A DNA stretch of 52,027 nucleotides from Eubacteriales bacterium (GTDB lineage: Bacteria > Bacillota > Clostridia > Oscillospirales > JAAYXM01). The notes under the pieces are model-generated. The model was not told the origin of the DNA and made no database searches. It worked only from the letters and a program-made list of their open reading frames with translations. How positions within the stretch are numbered: the stretch's first letter is position 1; every line of letters begins with the position of its first letter. Shown piece after piece: positions 10,005-18,585 of this stretch. Made by a program: the position numbers and the translations under genes. Location of the stretch: NCBI GenBank assembly GCA_045636205.1, contig JAZTXE010000042.1:1-52027 (forward strand), written 5' to 3'.

Positions 10005-10019
10005 GATTTACAAATAATA

Positions 10020-10895
10020 TCAGGTCATTGTCACAGGGGTAAAACGTCCGTTCTCTATCCTTAGTTGGTCTATGCACAGAACTCTGTGATGCGGGTTAGT
10101 ATCACCAACGATGCGTCTGTGATAAGCAACATAATCCTTACCCTTAAAGGTAAATGCACTGTTGTGTCCCGGACCATCAGCAATCTCTGCTTTTTCCAGA
10201 ACATCCGCGTAGAACTTAAATTCACTTATCGGTGTTTTAGCTTCTGCAGCTTTGACGCAATACGTACCGTTCATCCAATCCCCCGAAGAATACATAAGCT
10301 GATACTTTCCGTCAATCTTTGCGACATACGGTGCCTCAACGTACTTATCCGGAGTAAGCTCAAGGAATTTACCGTCCGAGCACGGTACCCCCAACTCTAC
10401 AAACCCGTTCATATCATCGTTTAACTTGCAAACGTTCATGTGGCTCCAACCGCCGTAATACAGATATACATCTCCGTTATCGTCTTTGAACAGATGCGCG
10501 TCAATCGGCTGAGCACCGTTATGGAACACATTTACGAGTGCCCTTCCATCCTCAAACACGTTTTTGAACTTGCCCTCCGGTGTATCACTCACGCCGATGT
10601 ACAATCCGCCGGGCGCATAGTCCTCGCGCAAGTCATTGGCGGCGAATATAAGATAATACTTGCCCTTGTGCTCAACAACCGTAGGTGCCCATACGTAACC
10701 TATTACACCATCAAATGTGGACATATCAAGAATGTCATACACCATTTTATAATTTTGTAAATCTTCGGTCACAACCAAATCTATATTCTGTTGCTCCATA
10801 AAATCCAGCGATTTAGTTACATATATGTATACCTTATCATTATATACCCTTGACTCAGGGTCTGCATACCAGCCGTTAACTATAGGATTAATCAC
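10020..10895 (-). CDS. Glycoside hydrolase family 43 protein
   Basis: YADP, VWAP, PIDAHLF, YVEAP, GPGHNS, YHRR five-bladed propeller motifs; no signal peptide. Confidence 0.9.
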   Translation of the reverse strand: MINPIVNGWYADPESRVYNDKVYIYVTKSLDFMEQQNIDLVVTEDLQNYKMVYDILDMSTFDGVIGYVWAPTVVEHKGKYYLIFAANDLREDYAPGGLYIGVSDTPEGKFKNVFEDGRALVNVFHNGAQPIDAHLFKDDNGDVYLYYGGWSHMNVCKLNDDMNGFVELGVPCSDGKFLELTPDKYVEAPYVAKIDGKYQLMYSSGDWMNGTYCVKAAEAKTPISEFKFYADVLEKAEIADGPGHNSAFTFKGKDYVAYHRRIVGDTNPHHRVLCIDQLRIENGRFTPVTMT

Positions 10896-11006
10896 AAAAA
10901 ATCCTCCTGTTTCGTTTTTTTAGATAATTATATCAAATCGAAAAACATAAGTAAATGGAGTAAAAAAAACAAAACTATGATTTTTGTGTACTCGTTTACG
11001 TTTTTA

Positions 11007-11036
11007 TTGACACCGCATGAGAAAGTGTGGTATACT
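11007..11036 (+). promoter_or_regulatory. Sigma-A promoter for tRNA-Gly
   Basis: TTGACA-N18-TATACT with extended TG. Confidence 0.75.
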
Positions 11037-11070
11037 AATTAAGCTGTTTAAGTCAGACAAAAACCAATAC

Positions 11071-11144
11071 GCAGGTGTAGTTCAATGGTAGAACTTCAGC
11101 TTCCCAAGCTGATAACGTGGGTTCGATTCCCATCACCTGCTCCA
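11071..11144 (+). tRNA. tRNA-Gly(CCC)
   Basis: GCAGGTG/CACCTGC acceptor stem, anticodon arm TCAGC-TTCCCAA-GCTGA, GTTCGATTCC T-loop, encoded CCA. Confidence 0.97.
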
Positions 11145-11145
11145 A

Positions 11146-11176
11146 GAAAGCACTTGCATAAGCAAGTGCTTTTTCA
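11146..11176 (+). terminator. Intrinsic terminator after tRNA-Gly
   Basis: AAAGCACTTGC-ATAA-GCAAGTGCTTTTT. Confidence 0.85.
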
Positions 11177-11200
11177 CTACTAAGCTTTTACGGTGAAAAT

Positions 11201-13840
11201 ATGAAGAAGTTAGTAATAGGTATTTTAGCGCACGTAGATGCCGGTAAAACCACGTTGAGCGAAGCTCTTTTGTACACAAGCGGCGCACGGCGCACGCTTG
11301 GACGCGTAGACCACAGAAACGCGTTTTTGGACACGGATGTGCAAGAACAGGAGCGTGGCATAACAATATTCTCAAAGCAGGCGTTACTTTCCTTTAACGG
11401 AGCAGACATTACCCTGCTCGACACCCCGGGGCATGCAGACTTCTCATCAGAAATGGAACGTACTCTGCAGGTGCTCGACTGCGCGGTTTTGGTCATAAGC
11501 GGAACCGACGGTGTTCAAGGTCATACACGCACGCTTTGGAAGCTATTGGAGAGCTATAACATCCCGGTATTTATATTTGTAAATAAAATGGACTTAGACG
11601 GAGCCGACCCGCAAGCAGTTATCACCCAACTTAAATCACGCTTAAGTGACGCTTGTATAGACTTCGGCTCCCCTACATCCGAGCGCGATGAAGCTATCGC
11701 CATGTGCTCAGAAGCTGCATTGGATAATTTTTTAGATTCAGGCAGCGTTTGTCATAAATTGACCTCTGAGCTTATTTCTTCAAGAAAAGTTTTTCCGGTA
11801 TGGTTTGGCTCCGCATTGAAGCTTGAGGGGATTGAGGAATTCCTCTCCAACCTCGCATCATATTCAACGCCTCCTGTCTATTCAAATGAGTTTGGCGCAA
11901 AGGTTTTTAAAATATCACATGATGAAAAGAATCAGCGCTTGACATGGCTTAAAATAACCGGCGGCTCGCTTCGCGCCAAAACCCTTTTGTCCGGCGGAAA
12001 TGACGAGAATGCATGGCAGGAAAAAGCCGATCAGCTGCGTCTGTATTCGGGCTCAAAATTTTCCGCAACGGATGAAGCTTCGGCAGGCGAAATTATCGCC
12101 GTATCCGGACTTACCAAAACCTATGCAGGTATGGGACTCGGCATTGAACCCGACTCTCCTTCCGCGGTTCTTGAACCCGTGCTCAATTACCGTTTGATTT
12201 TGCCGGACGGTTGCGATGCGCACACGGTTCTCCCCCGGCTTAAACAGCTTGAAGAAGAGGACCCTATGCTCAAGATACTTTGGAGCGAGGAAAACAAGGA
12301 AATCCACGTCCGCCTTATGGGGCAAATCCAACTGGAGGTTTTACGCCGCTTGATTTCCGACCGTTTTAATCTGCAAGTGGATTTCGGCGCAGGGAGCATA
12401 GTATATAAAGAGACCATCTCAAACCGAGTCGAAGGAATCGGACACTTTGAGCCATTGCGTCACTATGCCGAAGTTCACCTTCTAATGGAGAGCGCGCCAC
12501 GCGGGAGCGGGATTGAAATCTCATCCTCTTGCCCTACGGACAAGCTGGACCTGAACTGGCAACGTCTGATATTTACGCATATAGCAGAGCGTGAGCATCC
12601 GGGTGTCCTGACCGGTTCAGCAATTACCGATATCAAAATTTCCGTAGTTGCCGGACGTGCTCATGTAAAGCATACAGAAGGCGGTGATTTCCGTCAGGCG
12701 ACTTATCGCGCAATCCGACAGGGACTTATGCAGGCGGAAAGTGTTCTTTTGGAACCCTTTTACGATTTTACACTTGAGCTTCCGCCAAGCTGTGTAGGTC
12801 GTGCAATGACGGATATTCAGACCATGGGCGGCGAATTGAACGACCCTATCACTGACGGTGAAATGACGGTCTTGTCAGGTTTCGCTCCGGTTGCCGGACT
12901 TTCCGATTATTGGCAGGACGTGACCGCGTACACGCGCGGATTGGGGCGCCTGACCTGTAGTTTCCGCGGATATGAACCGTGCCGAAATCAGCAAGAGGTT
13001 GTCGTCGAAATCGGATACGATCCGGAGCGTGACACGGAAAATACGCCGGACTCAGTTTTCTGTGACCACGGCGCAGGTTTTAATGTAAAGTGGAACCGTG
13101 TGCGTGATTATATGCATGTTGACAGTGGTCTTAATCTAAACAAAAATGAGCATGCATCCACTGCCACCCCCTCATCGTCGGTTTCACGCAGCACGTACAT
13201 CGGCTCACTTGAACAAGATAAGGAGCTTGAGGCGATTTTTGAGCGCACCTACGGCAAGGTTGACCCACGAAGGTTTCACGTGCGCCCACCCGCCTCATCT
13301 GCATCCTCAACCGACACTTACAAATTACGACAAGCCAAAAAATCGGATGAATATCTTTTGGTTGACGGATATAACATCATTTTCGCATGGGATGAGCTCA
13401 AATCACTCGCCGAGTATGACTTGTCCGCCGCACGCGCCGCGCTTGAGGATATTCTGATAAACTACAGAGGCTTTAAAAACTGCACGGTAATACTGGTATT
13501 TGATGCCCATAAGGTGCGCGAAAACCCGGGTTCAGTCGAAAAAACAAACGGGATTTATGTTGTATATACCAAAACTGCAGAAACCGCAGATAACTATATC
13601 GAGCGCACCACCTATCAACTGGGGCGGGATAAAAAAATTCAAGTTGCAACCTCGGACGGCTTAGAACAGATGATAATTTTGGGTCATGGCGCACTGCGAA
13701 TATCCGCAAACGCATTTAAAGCAGAAATTCAAGCTGCGCAGATTGAAATTTCACAAGTAATTCAGTCGCACAACAGCGACATGCAGAACCGCCCGATAAT
13801 CAGAAAAAGTAATAACCGTGAAAACCGCATCGGAAAGTAA
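11201..13840 (+). CDS. EF-G/TetM-like translational GTPase fused to a C-terminal NYN (YacP/Rae1-type) ribonuclease domain
   Basis: AHVDAGKTT, RGITI, DTPGH, NKMD G-motifs and EF-G domains II-V; C-terminal LLVDGYNII...VFDA...ETAD.YIE...VATSD. Confidence 0.92.
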   Translation: MKKLVIGILAHVDAGKTTLSEALLYTSGARRTLGRVDHRNAFLDTDVQEQERGITIFSKQALLSFNGADITLLDTPGHADFSSEMERTLQVLDCAVLVISGTDGVQGHTRTLWKLLESYNIPVFIFVNKMDLDGADPQAVITQLKSRLSDACIDFGSPTSERDEAIAMCSEAALDNFLDSGSVCHKLTSELISSRKVFPVWFGSALKLEGIEEFLSNLASYSTPPVYSNEFGAKVFKISHDEKNQRLTWLKITGGSLRAKTLLSGGNDENAWQEKADQLRLYSGSKFSATDEASAGEIIAVSGLTKTYAGMGLGIEPDSPSAVLEPVLNYRLILPDGCDAHTVLPRLKQLEEEDPMLKILWSEENKEIHVRLMGQIQLEVLRRLISDRFNLQVDFGAGSIVYKETISNRVEGIGHFEPLRHYAEVHLLMESAPRGSGIEISSSCPTDKLDLNWQRLIFTHIAEREHPGVLTGSAITDIKISVVAGRAHVKHTEGGDFRQATYRAIRQGLMQAESVLLEPFYDFTLELPPSCVGRAMTDIQTMGGELNDPITDGEMTVLSGFAPVAGLSDYWQDVTAYTRGLGRLTCSFRGYEPCRNQQEVVVEIGYDPERDTENTPDSVFCDHGAGFNVKWNRVRDYMHVDSGLNLNKNEHASTATPSSSVSRSTYIGSLEQDKELEAIFERTYGKVDPRRFHVRPPASSASSTDTYKLRQAKKSDEYLLVDGYNIIFAWDELKSLAEYDLSAARAALEDILINYRGFKNCTVILVFDAHKVRENPGSVEKTNGIYVVYTKTAETADNYIERTTYQLGRDKKIQVATSDGLEQMIILGHGALRISANAFKAEIQAAQIEISQVIQSHNSDMQNRPIIRKSNNRENRIGK

Positions 13841-13856
13841 TCCGATGCGGTTTTCA
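13819..13856. terminator. Bidirectional terminator overlapping the GTPase stop codon
   Basis: TGAAAACCGCATCGGA / TCCGATGCGGTTTTCA 16-bp inverted repeat. Confidence 0.8.
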
Positions 13857-13861
13857 TATTG

Positions 13862-14533
13862 CTATATTAAATATAAAAAAATACATAGAAATTGCAGCAC
13901 GCTCCCCAAGACCACAAACAAATGGAAAACTGAATGCATATATCTGCACTTCTTTCCGACTCCGTATAATATCGCGCCTATAGTATACGCTATTCCTCCC
14001 GCGAGCAAAAGCATAACCCCCGGCATTTGAACCGATGCAATAAGCGCCTTAGGCGCAAGCGCTATACACCATCCTATTCCTATATAACAAATCATCGAAA
14101 ACACGGAATACTTTTTCAAATCCACCGCCGTAAGTGCCGTTGCCAACACAGTAAGTCCCCAGACAAGTCCGAATAGAACCCATGCAGCCGTGGGGGATGC
14201 CTTTCGTATCGCGCATAAAAGCATCGGCGTATACGTGCCCGCAATCAAAAAGTAAATCGTGCAATGGTCTATCACTTGCATCACTTTTTTGGCGGTATTT
14301 TTTCTAAGGCCGTGGTACACGCTTGACACGGTATAAAGCATAATAAGCGATGCACCGTATATTGAACAGCTGACCACCGCCCAGACATTGCCCTTCATTG
14401 CCGCAAAAATCACACAAAGTGCGGTGATTATTATTCCAAATCCCCCGCCTACAATATGCGATACCATATTAAATATTTCCTCACCCCGTGTGTAATCGGG
14501 TAAATCTCTGTCACGGAGTTTTGTGCGCTTCAT
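13862..14533 (-). CDS. Hemolysin III / PAQR (TrhA-like) membrane protein
   Basis: EEIFNMVSH, SSVYH, DHCTIYFLIAGTYTP, HSVFHLFV; 7 TM; start at 14533 behind AAAGGGAG. Confidence 0.92.
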   Translation of the reverse strand: MKRTKLRDRDLPDYTRGEEIFNMVSHIVGGGFGIIITALCVIFAAMKGNVWAVVSCSIYGASLIMLYTVSSVYHGLRKNTAKKVMQVIDHCTIYFLIAGTYTPMLLCAIRKASPTAAWVLFGLVWGLTVLATALTAVDLKKYSVFSMICYIGIGWCIALAPKALIASVQMPGVMLLLAGGIAYTIGAILYGVGKKCRYMHSVFHLFVVLGSVLQFLCIFLYLI

Positions 14534-14704
14534 TTTAATCTCCCTTTCGTCAAATAATCTAAAACATTTCACAACCTTGTGTCGTATATTATATTACCAC
14601 GACACGAGAATTATGTCAACAGTGTTGTGCTCGAGATAATATTGATTTTTTCAACTGAATATGATAAATTATAATTACTAAAACATACGTCAGGGTGAAT
14701 AACA

Positions 14705-15319
14705 ATGTATGAAAAAGCTTTTGTAGCCGATAAATTGCGCCGTTGGGAAAAATTTTTGCGAAACTTCCGCCTTCCCATGTGGGAGGAAATCCCGAATTTA
14801 GGACTGTATATGGACCAGATAATCGTCTTGCTCACCGAGTATTTGGACTATTTACCGCCTGAAATCAAGGAAGATAAATATATCACCGCCTCTACTATAA
14901 ATAACTATGTTCGTATTAAGGCTATGCCTGAGCCTATTAAGAAAAAGTATTACCGCACGCATATTGCCTATCTGATAATGATATGCACACTTAAGCAAAC
15001 TCTAAACATCGCAACGCTCCAAAAACTTATTCCCGTAGGCATTGATGATGTGCAGGTGCGAAAAATATACAATGCATATGCCGAGCGCCATCGCGCCATG
15101 GCAGAACACTTTATTGAGCAAGTAAAACTCGCAGCTGCCCCAATTCTGGATGAGAATAATTCAGGTGATGCAACAAAACAAACAAACGACCTGATAGCCG
15201 CATCCGCAATAAGCGCAGGCTTTGCACGCTTGCTCTCAGAAAAGCTTTTGGCACTGAGTAATACTGATGACAATGCTGCTTCAAAACAAACAAAGGAGAA
15301 CCTCGCAGTAAATGACTAA
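14705..15319 (+). CDS. DUF1836 family putative transcriptional regulator
   Basis: LP.WEEIP.L.LYMDQ...IT.S.INNYV.....P.P.KKKY.R.HIAYL; divergent from the hemolysin III gene. Confidence 0.85.
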   Translation: MYEKAFVADKLRRWEKFLRNFRLPMWEEIPNLGLYMDQIIVLLTEYLDYLPPEIKEDKYITASTINNYVRIKAMPEPIKKKYYRTHIAYLIMICTLKQTLNIATLQKLIPVGIDDVQVRKIYNAYAERHRAMAEHFIEQVKLAAAPILDENNSGDATKQTNDLIAASAISAGFARLLSEKLLALSNTDDNAASKQTKENLAVND

Positions 15320-15893
15320 ATATTTTTTTGACAATAAAGACGTTATCGAAAAAGACTTTCTGTATGTATATTCGCCGGCCGCAGCACGTACAGGTGAGTT
15401 TCGCGATCGTGAAAATTCCATCACAAATTTCCCCGCCGGAAATGAAGATGAGTTTGACTATGTAAGCATAATTACAAAGAAGAAATACAGCGGCTGCGTA
15501 AAAATCTCCACTACCTGCCGTTTTGATAAGTTTGGTGCACCCTTAATAGTCTTTACAGACGACATCTCCACCAGTGCAGACGGTAAATGCACTTACGGAC
15601 TCCACTTCGAATGCGTGGCATACAAAGGCGGATGCAATATGTGGCGAATCGAGCCGGCTCCCGAGCGTATTGAGCGCCCGATAGCTACTTCAAAGATAGC
15701 CTTTGTGGATTTTGAAATTCCGGAAAAGAGCATTGTTGAAATGGCGCTTGAAATAAGCCAAAAAACAATGACTGCATGCGTAAACGGTGTTCATTTAAGC
15801 TGCACTCACCCGGATATTCCTGAAGAGTTCCATGTAGGCATAACCGCCTGCGAAGGTCCGAACTCATTTTTTAACCTTATAATAGAGGATTGA
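15312..15893 (+). CDS. Hypothetical protein (beta-rich, possibly lectin/LamG-like)
   Basis: 193 aa ORF overlapping the upstream stop, AAGGAG upstream; ends FHVGITACEG.NSFFNLII. Confidence 0.6.
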   Translation: MTKYFFDNKDVIEKDFLYVYSPAAARTGEFRDRENSITNFPAGNEDEFDYVSIITKKKYSGCVKISTTCRFDKFGAPLIVFTDDISTSADGKCTYGLHFECVAYKGGCNMWRIEPAPERIERPIATSKIAFVDFEIPEKSIVEMALEISQKTMTACVNGVHLSCTHPDIPEEFHVGITACEGPNSFFNLIIED

Positions 15894-16016
15894 TTTTTTA
15901 TCCCCCCTTCGCATACTCTCTGTTGCAATTTTTTTTACCGTATAGTATAATAATTACAGTGACTGGAAAAATTAGCGATTCGCTTTATATTTTGTGCATA
16001 CAAAGGAGAGGTAACC

Positions 16017-17351
16017 ATGAAAACAGGGTTTTCAAAAATTTGTATCAATCCCCCGTATAATGCACCGATTTCGGGATATTACGAGGAAAGACGCGTTAAG
16101 GGAATTCTTGACAACCTGTATGTCCGCGTAGCAGCTTTTGATGACGGCGAAAACCGTGCGGTAGTAATTGCAGTTGACGTACTTGAGCTTGCTCTTGAGT
16201 ATTTTGAGAAATACAAAATCATGATAAACGAAGCTACAGGCATTGATAAAAACGCGATATTCATAAACTGCTCACACACCCATACAGGTCCTATTGTAGG
16301 TAAGGATTTTGCGTCCGAGCGCGCAAGTACACCTGAGTATGACGAGTTTTTGGCAACAAGCGTGCGTGATGCTGCGGTTTATGCATTGGCTGACCTGCAT
16401 GAGTCGCGCATTGAAACAGCTTCCGCCCAAGCTAAAAACATATCATTTGTGCGCCGTTTCCGCATGAAGGATGGCTCAGTTGCAACCAACCCGGGAGTTA
16501 ACAACCCGAATATTGACCATGCACTCGGTGAGCCGAATGAAACTGTTAAGCTGGTAAAAATTATTCGTGACGGCGCGGATGACATATTCATCGTAAACTT
16601 CGGAACGCACCCGGATTCCATCGGAGGAGAGTATATCAGCGCGGATTACATGGGATATGTCTGCTCTATTTTGGAGAGGGCAGTACCCGGAACAAAGTGC
16701 ATGTTTCTCCTGGCACCGCAGGGTGATGTAAACCATGTAAATGTAAACCCGACTCCGGGCGAGGCGGCAATTTCCAAGATTGATTTTGACAGCGTACCCA
16801 GAAGCCTTGCTCATTCAGAGCATATGGGACGAATTATTGCAGGCGCAGTGCTGTCGGTCTGCTCAATAACCGAACCCATTAAGACGGATAAAATTGCATT
16901 TGCATCAAAGGATATTAATCTTCCGTCACATCCTGAGAATGACCGTCTTGACGAGGCTCGTCATATCCACGAGTTGTATGAAGCAGGCAGATGCGATGAG
17001 CTTCCGTATAAGGAAATGGAGCTTACTACAATCGTTGCAGAAGCTGAGCGCATACTCAAGTTAGAAAACGGACCTGATTCGTTCCCGTTTGTCCTTTCTG
17101 CCATAAAGATAGGCGATCTGGTGTTTGCAGGAATCGGTGGTGAGGCATTTACTGATATAGGTAACCGCATTTGCGCGGACTCGCCGTTTAAAGAGACTAT
17201 ACTTTGCTGCCTTACAAACAACTGCGGCGGATATATCCCGACTACCAAGGCATACTCCGAGGGCGGTTATGAGGCAAAAAGCTCATCTCTCGCACCCGGT
17301 GGCGATGATATTATGGTAAACGGAATGATTGAGCTTTTAGCTTCACTCTGA
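16017..17351 (+). CDS. Neutral/alkaline ceramidase N-terminal-domain-like metallo-amidohydrolase
   Basis: INCSHTHTGP, NFGTHP, ISADY, QGDVN, GEAF, GYIPT..AY.EGGYE motifs. Confidence 0.75.
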   Translation: MKTGFSKICINPPYNAPISGYYEERRVKGILDNLYVRVAAFDDGENRAVVIAVDVLELALEYFEKYKIMINEATGIDKNAIFINCSHTHTGPIVGKDFASERASTPEYDEFLATSVRDAAVYALADLHESRIETASAQAKNISFVRRFRMKDGSVATNPGVNNPNIDHALGEPNETVKLVKIIRDGADDIFIVNFGTHPDSIGGEYISADYMGYVCSILERAVPGTKCMFLLAPQGDVNHVNVNPTPGEAAISKIDFDSVPRSLAHSEHMGRIIAGAVLSVCSITEPIKTDKIAFASKDINLPSHPENDRLDEARHIHELYEAGRCDELPYKEMELTTIVAEAERILKLENGPDSFPFVLSAIKIGDLVFAGIGGEAFTDIGNRICADSPFKETILCCLTNNCGGYIPTTKAYSEGGYEAKSSSLAPGGDDIMVNGMIELLASL

Positions 17352-17389
17352 ACCTGATTTTTGCAATATACTGCGGTTGAGAAAATATT

Positions 17390-18055
17390 ATGTCTATACT
17401 TGATTCTATAAAATTCAGGATGTGCTCTTTTAAGATCCCGCTATTATCGGGTAGCTCATTCCCACGTATTTTGGGAAAGAAGTTCCCGGATTTGGTTCTA
17501 AATGAGCTGGATGGAATGACGCTCTCTGTTCCGGTTGATATATTTATATCATATATTACAAAAGCAGAAACACCGGATGCATTGCTCAGGCGATTTAATG
17601 AAGCTGAGTTCTTTATAAGATACATTGGAAGGCGTACAATCACTGCGATGCAGAAAGACTATGCAAATGAGCTTTTGAAGATAATAGTGCGTCAGCGTGA
17701 GGTTTTAATCCTCTCTTTCATCCGCTTTTGGTCGCAGACCGGAAACGTCCGCGCTTTGAAAGGACTTCTTCGCCATCTTGATGAGCTATCATACAGCCTG
17801 CAGGCATCCCTGAAGCATGAACTTGTGGCTTGGGAGATTTATACATACTGCAGTGTGCGTTTTCAAAACAGCAACCGCACGTACTACTATATAAGTGACG
17901 ATGAAACACTGTGTATAGGTGATACGGTTTTGGTTCCCACAGGTGAGAATAATACACTGACTCCGGCAGAGATTGTAAAAATCACAAGGCATACATATGA
18001 AACTGTCCCTCTTCCGCTCAGCGCGACAAAGAAAATACACAGCCGTATTGAATAA
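17390..18055 (+). CDS. Hypothetical protein with a small C-terminal beta domain (YCSVRF...RTYYYI.DD..L.IGD.VLVP.G)
   Basis: 221 aa ORF followed by a terminator; start uncertain. Confidence 0.55.
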   Translation: MSILDSIKFRMCSFKIPLLSGSSFPRILGKKFPDLVLNELDGMTLSVPVDIFISYITKAETPDALLRRFNEAEFFIRYIGRRTITAMQKDYANELLKIIVRQREVLILSFIRFWSQTGNVRALKGLLRHLDELSYSLQASLKHELVAWEIYTYCSVRFQNSNRTYYYISDDETLCIGDTVLVPTGENNTLTPAEIVKITRHTYETVPLPLSATKKIHSRIE

Positions 18056-18058
18056 TTA

Positions 18059-18085
18059 AAGCACCGCCTTAATAAGGCGGTGCTT
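18059..18085. terminator. Bidirectional terminator
   Basis: AAGCACCGCCTTA-A-TAAGGCGGTGCTT. Confidence 0.8.
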
Positions 18086-18106
18086 ACTATTGCATCTTAT
18101 GAATGG

Positions 18107-18568
18107 TTATGAGTTTATTTTTTCAATAAGAACATAGTAACTCGAATCAGGTATCCGACGGCAGATATAAGAAATACCGTCTTTTTCCCAGCGCGCCATG
18201 AAATCAAGCTCTTCGCTCTCGTTCTGCACAATAATAGGCGAAATATCCAGATGATAGGAAACCGCGTTTATAAGCTCCTCCTTATCAACACCCGGGAATG
18301 TGGCAACAATTTGCGCGACGTCCTCATCGTCTGAGAACATGTACTCCACCTGCGCAGACATTCCAAAAAGCTCTTCTTCATATTTGCGTTGCTGGATGAC
18401 GCTCTCTCCGTCAATCTCATAGCTGACTGCATCTCCCTTGCCACGTGCGGAGACAAGAGCTTCATCGCTCGCTCCCAAAAGCTCCTGCGTCGGTACTTTC
18501 GAAGACGATGCGCATCCTGCCGCAAGAAGTAAGACAATTAATAAAAGAAGAAAAATTTTCTTTTTCAT
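18107..18568 (-). CDS. Putative lipoprotein
   Basis: MKKK + hydrophobic stretch + lipobox LAAGC. Confidence 0.8.
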   Translation of the reverse strand: MKKKIFLLLLIVLLLAAGCASSSKVPTQELLGASDEALVSARGKGDAVSYEIDGESVIQQRKYEEELFGMSAQVEYMFSDDEDVAQIVATFPGVDKEELINAVSYHLDISPIIVQNESEELDFMARWEKDGISYICRRIPDSSYYVLIEKINS

Positions 18569-18585
18569 AAAATCACCGTATCCTT

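Noticed and set aside
11071-11200. tRNA-Gly as the attachment site of a genomic island
   Set aside because: No integrase and no duplicated tRNA 3' end seen in the window
11201-13840. Call as a tetracycline resistance gene (tetM/tetW)
   Set aside because: Has an extra NYN RNase domain, is much longer than ribosomal protection proteins, and has no leader peptide or mobile context; resistance is not supported
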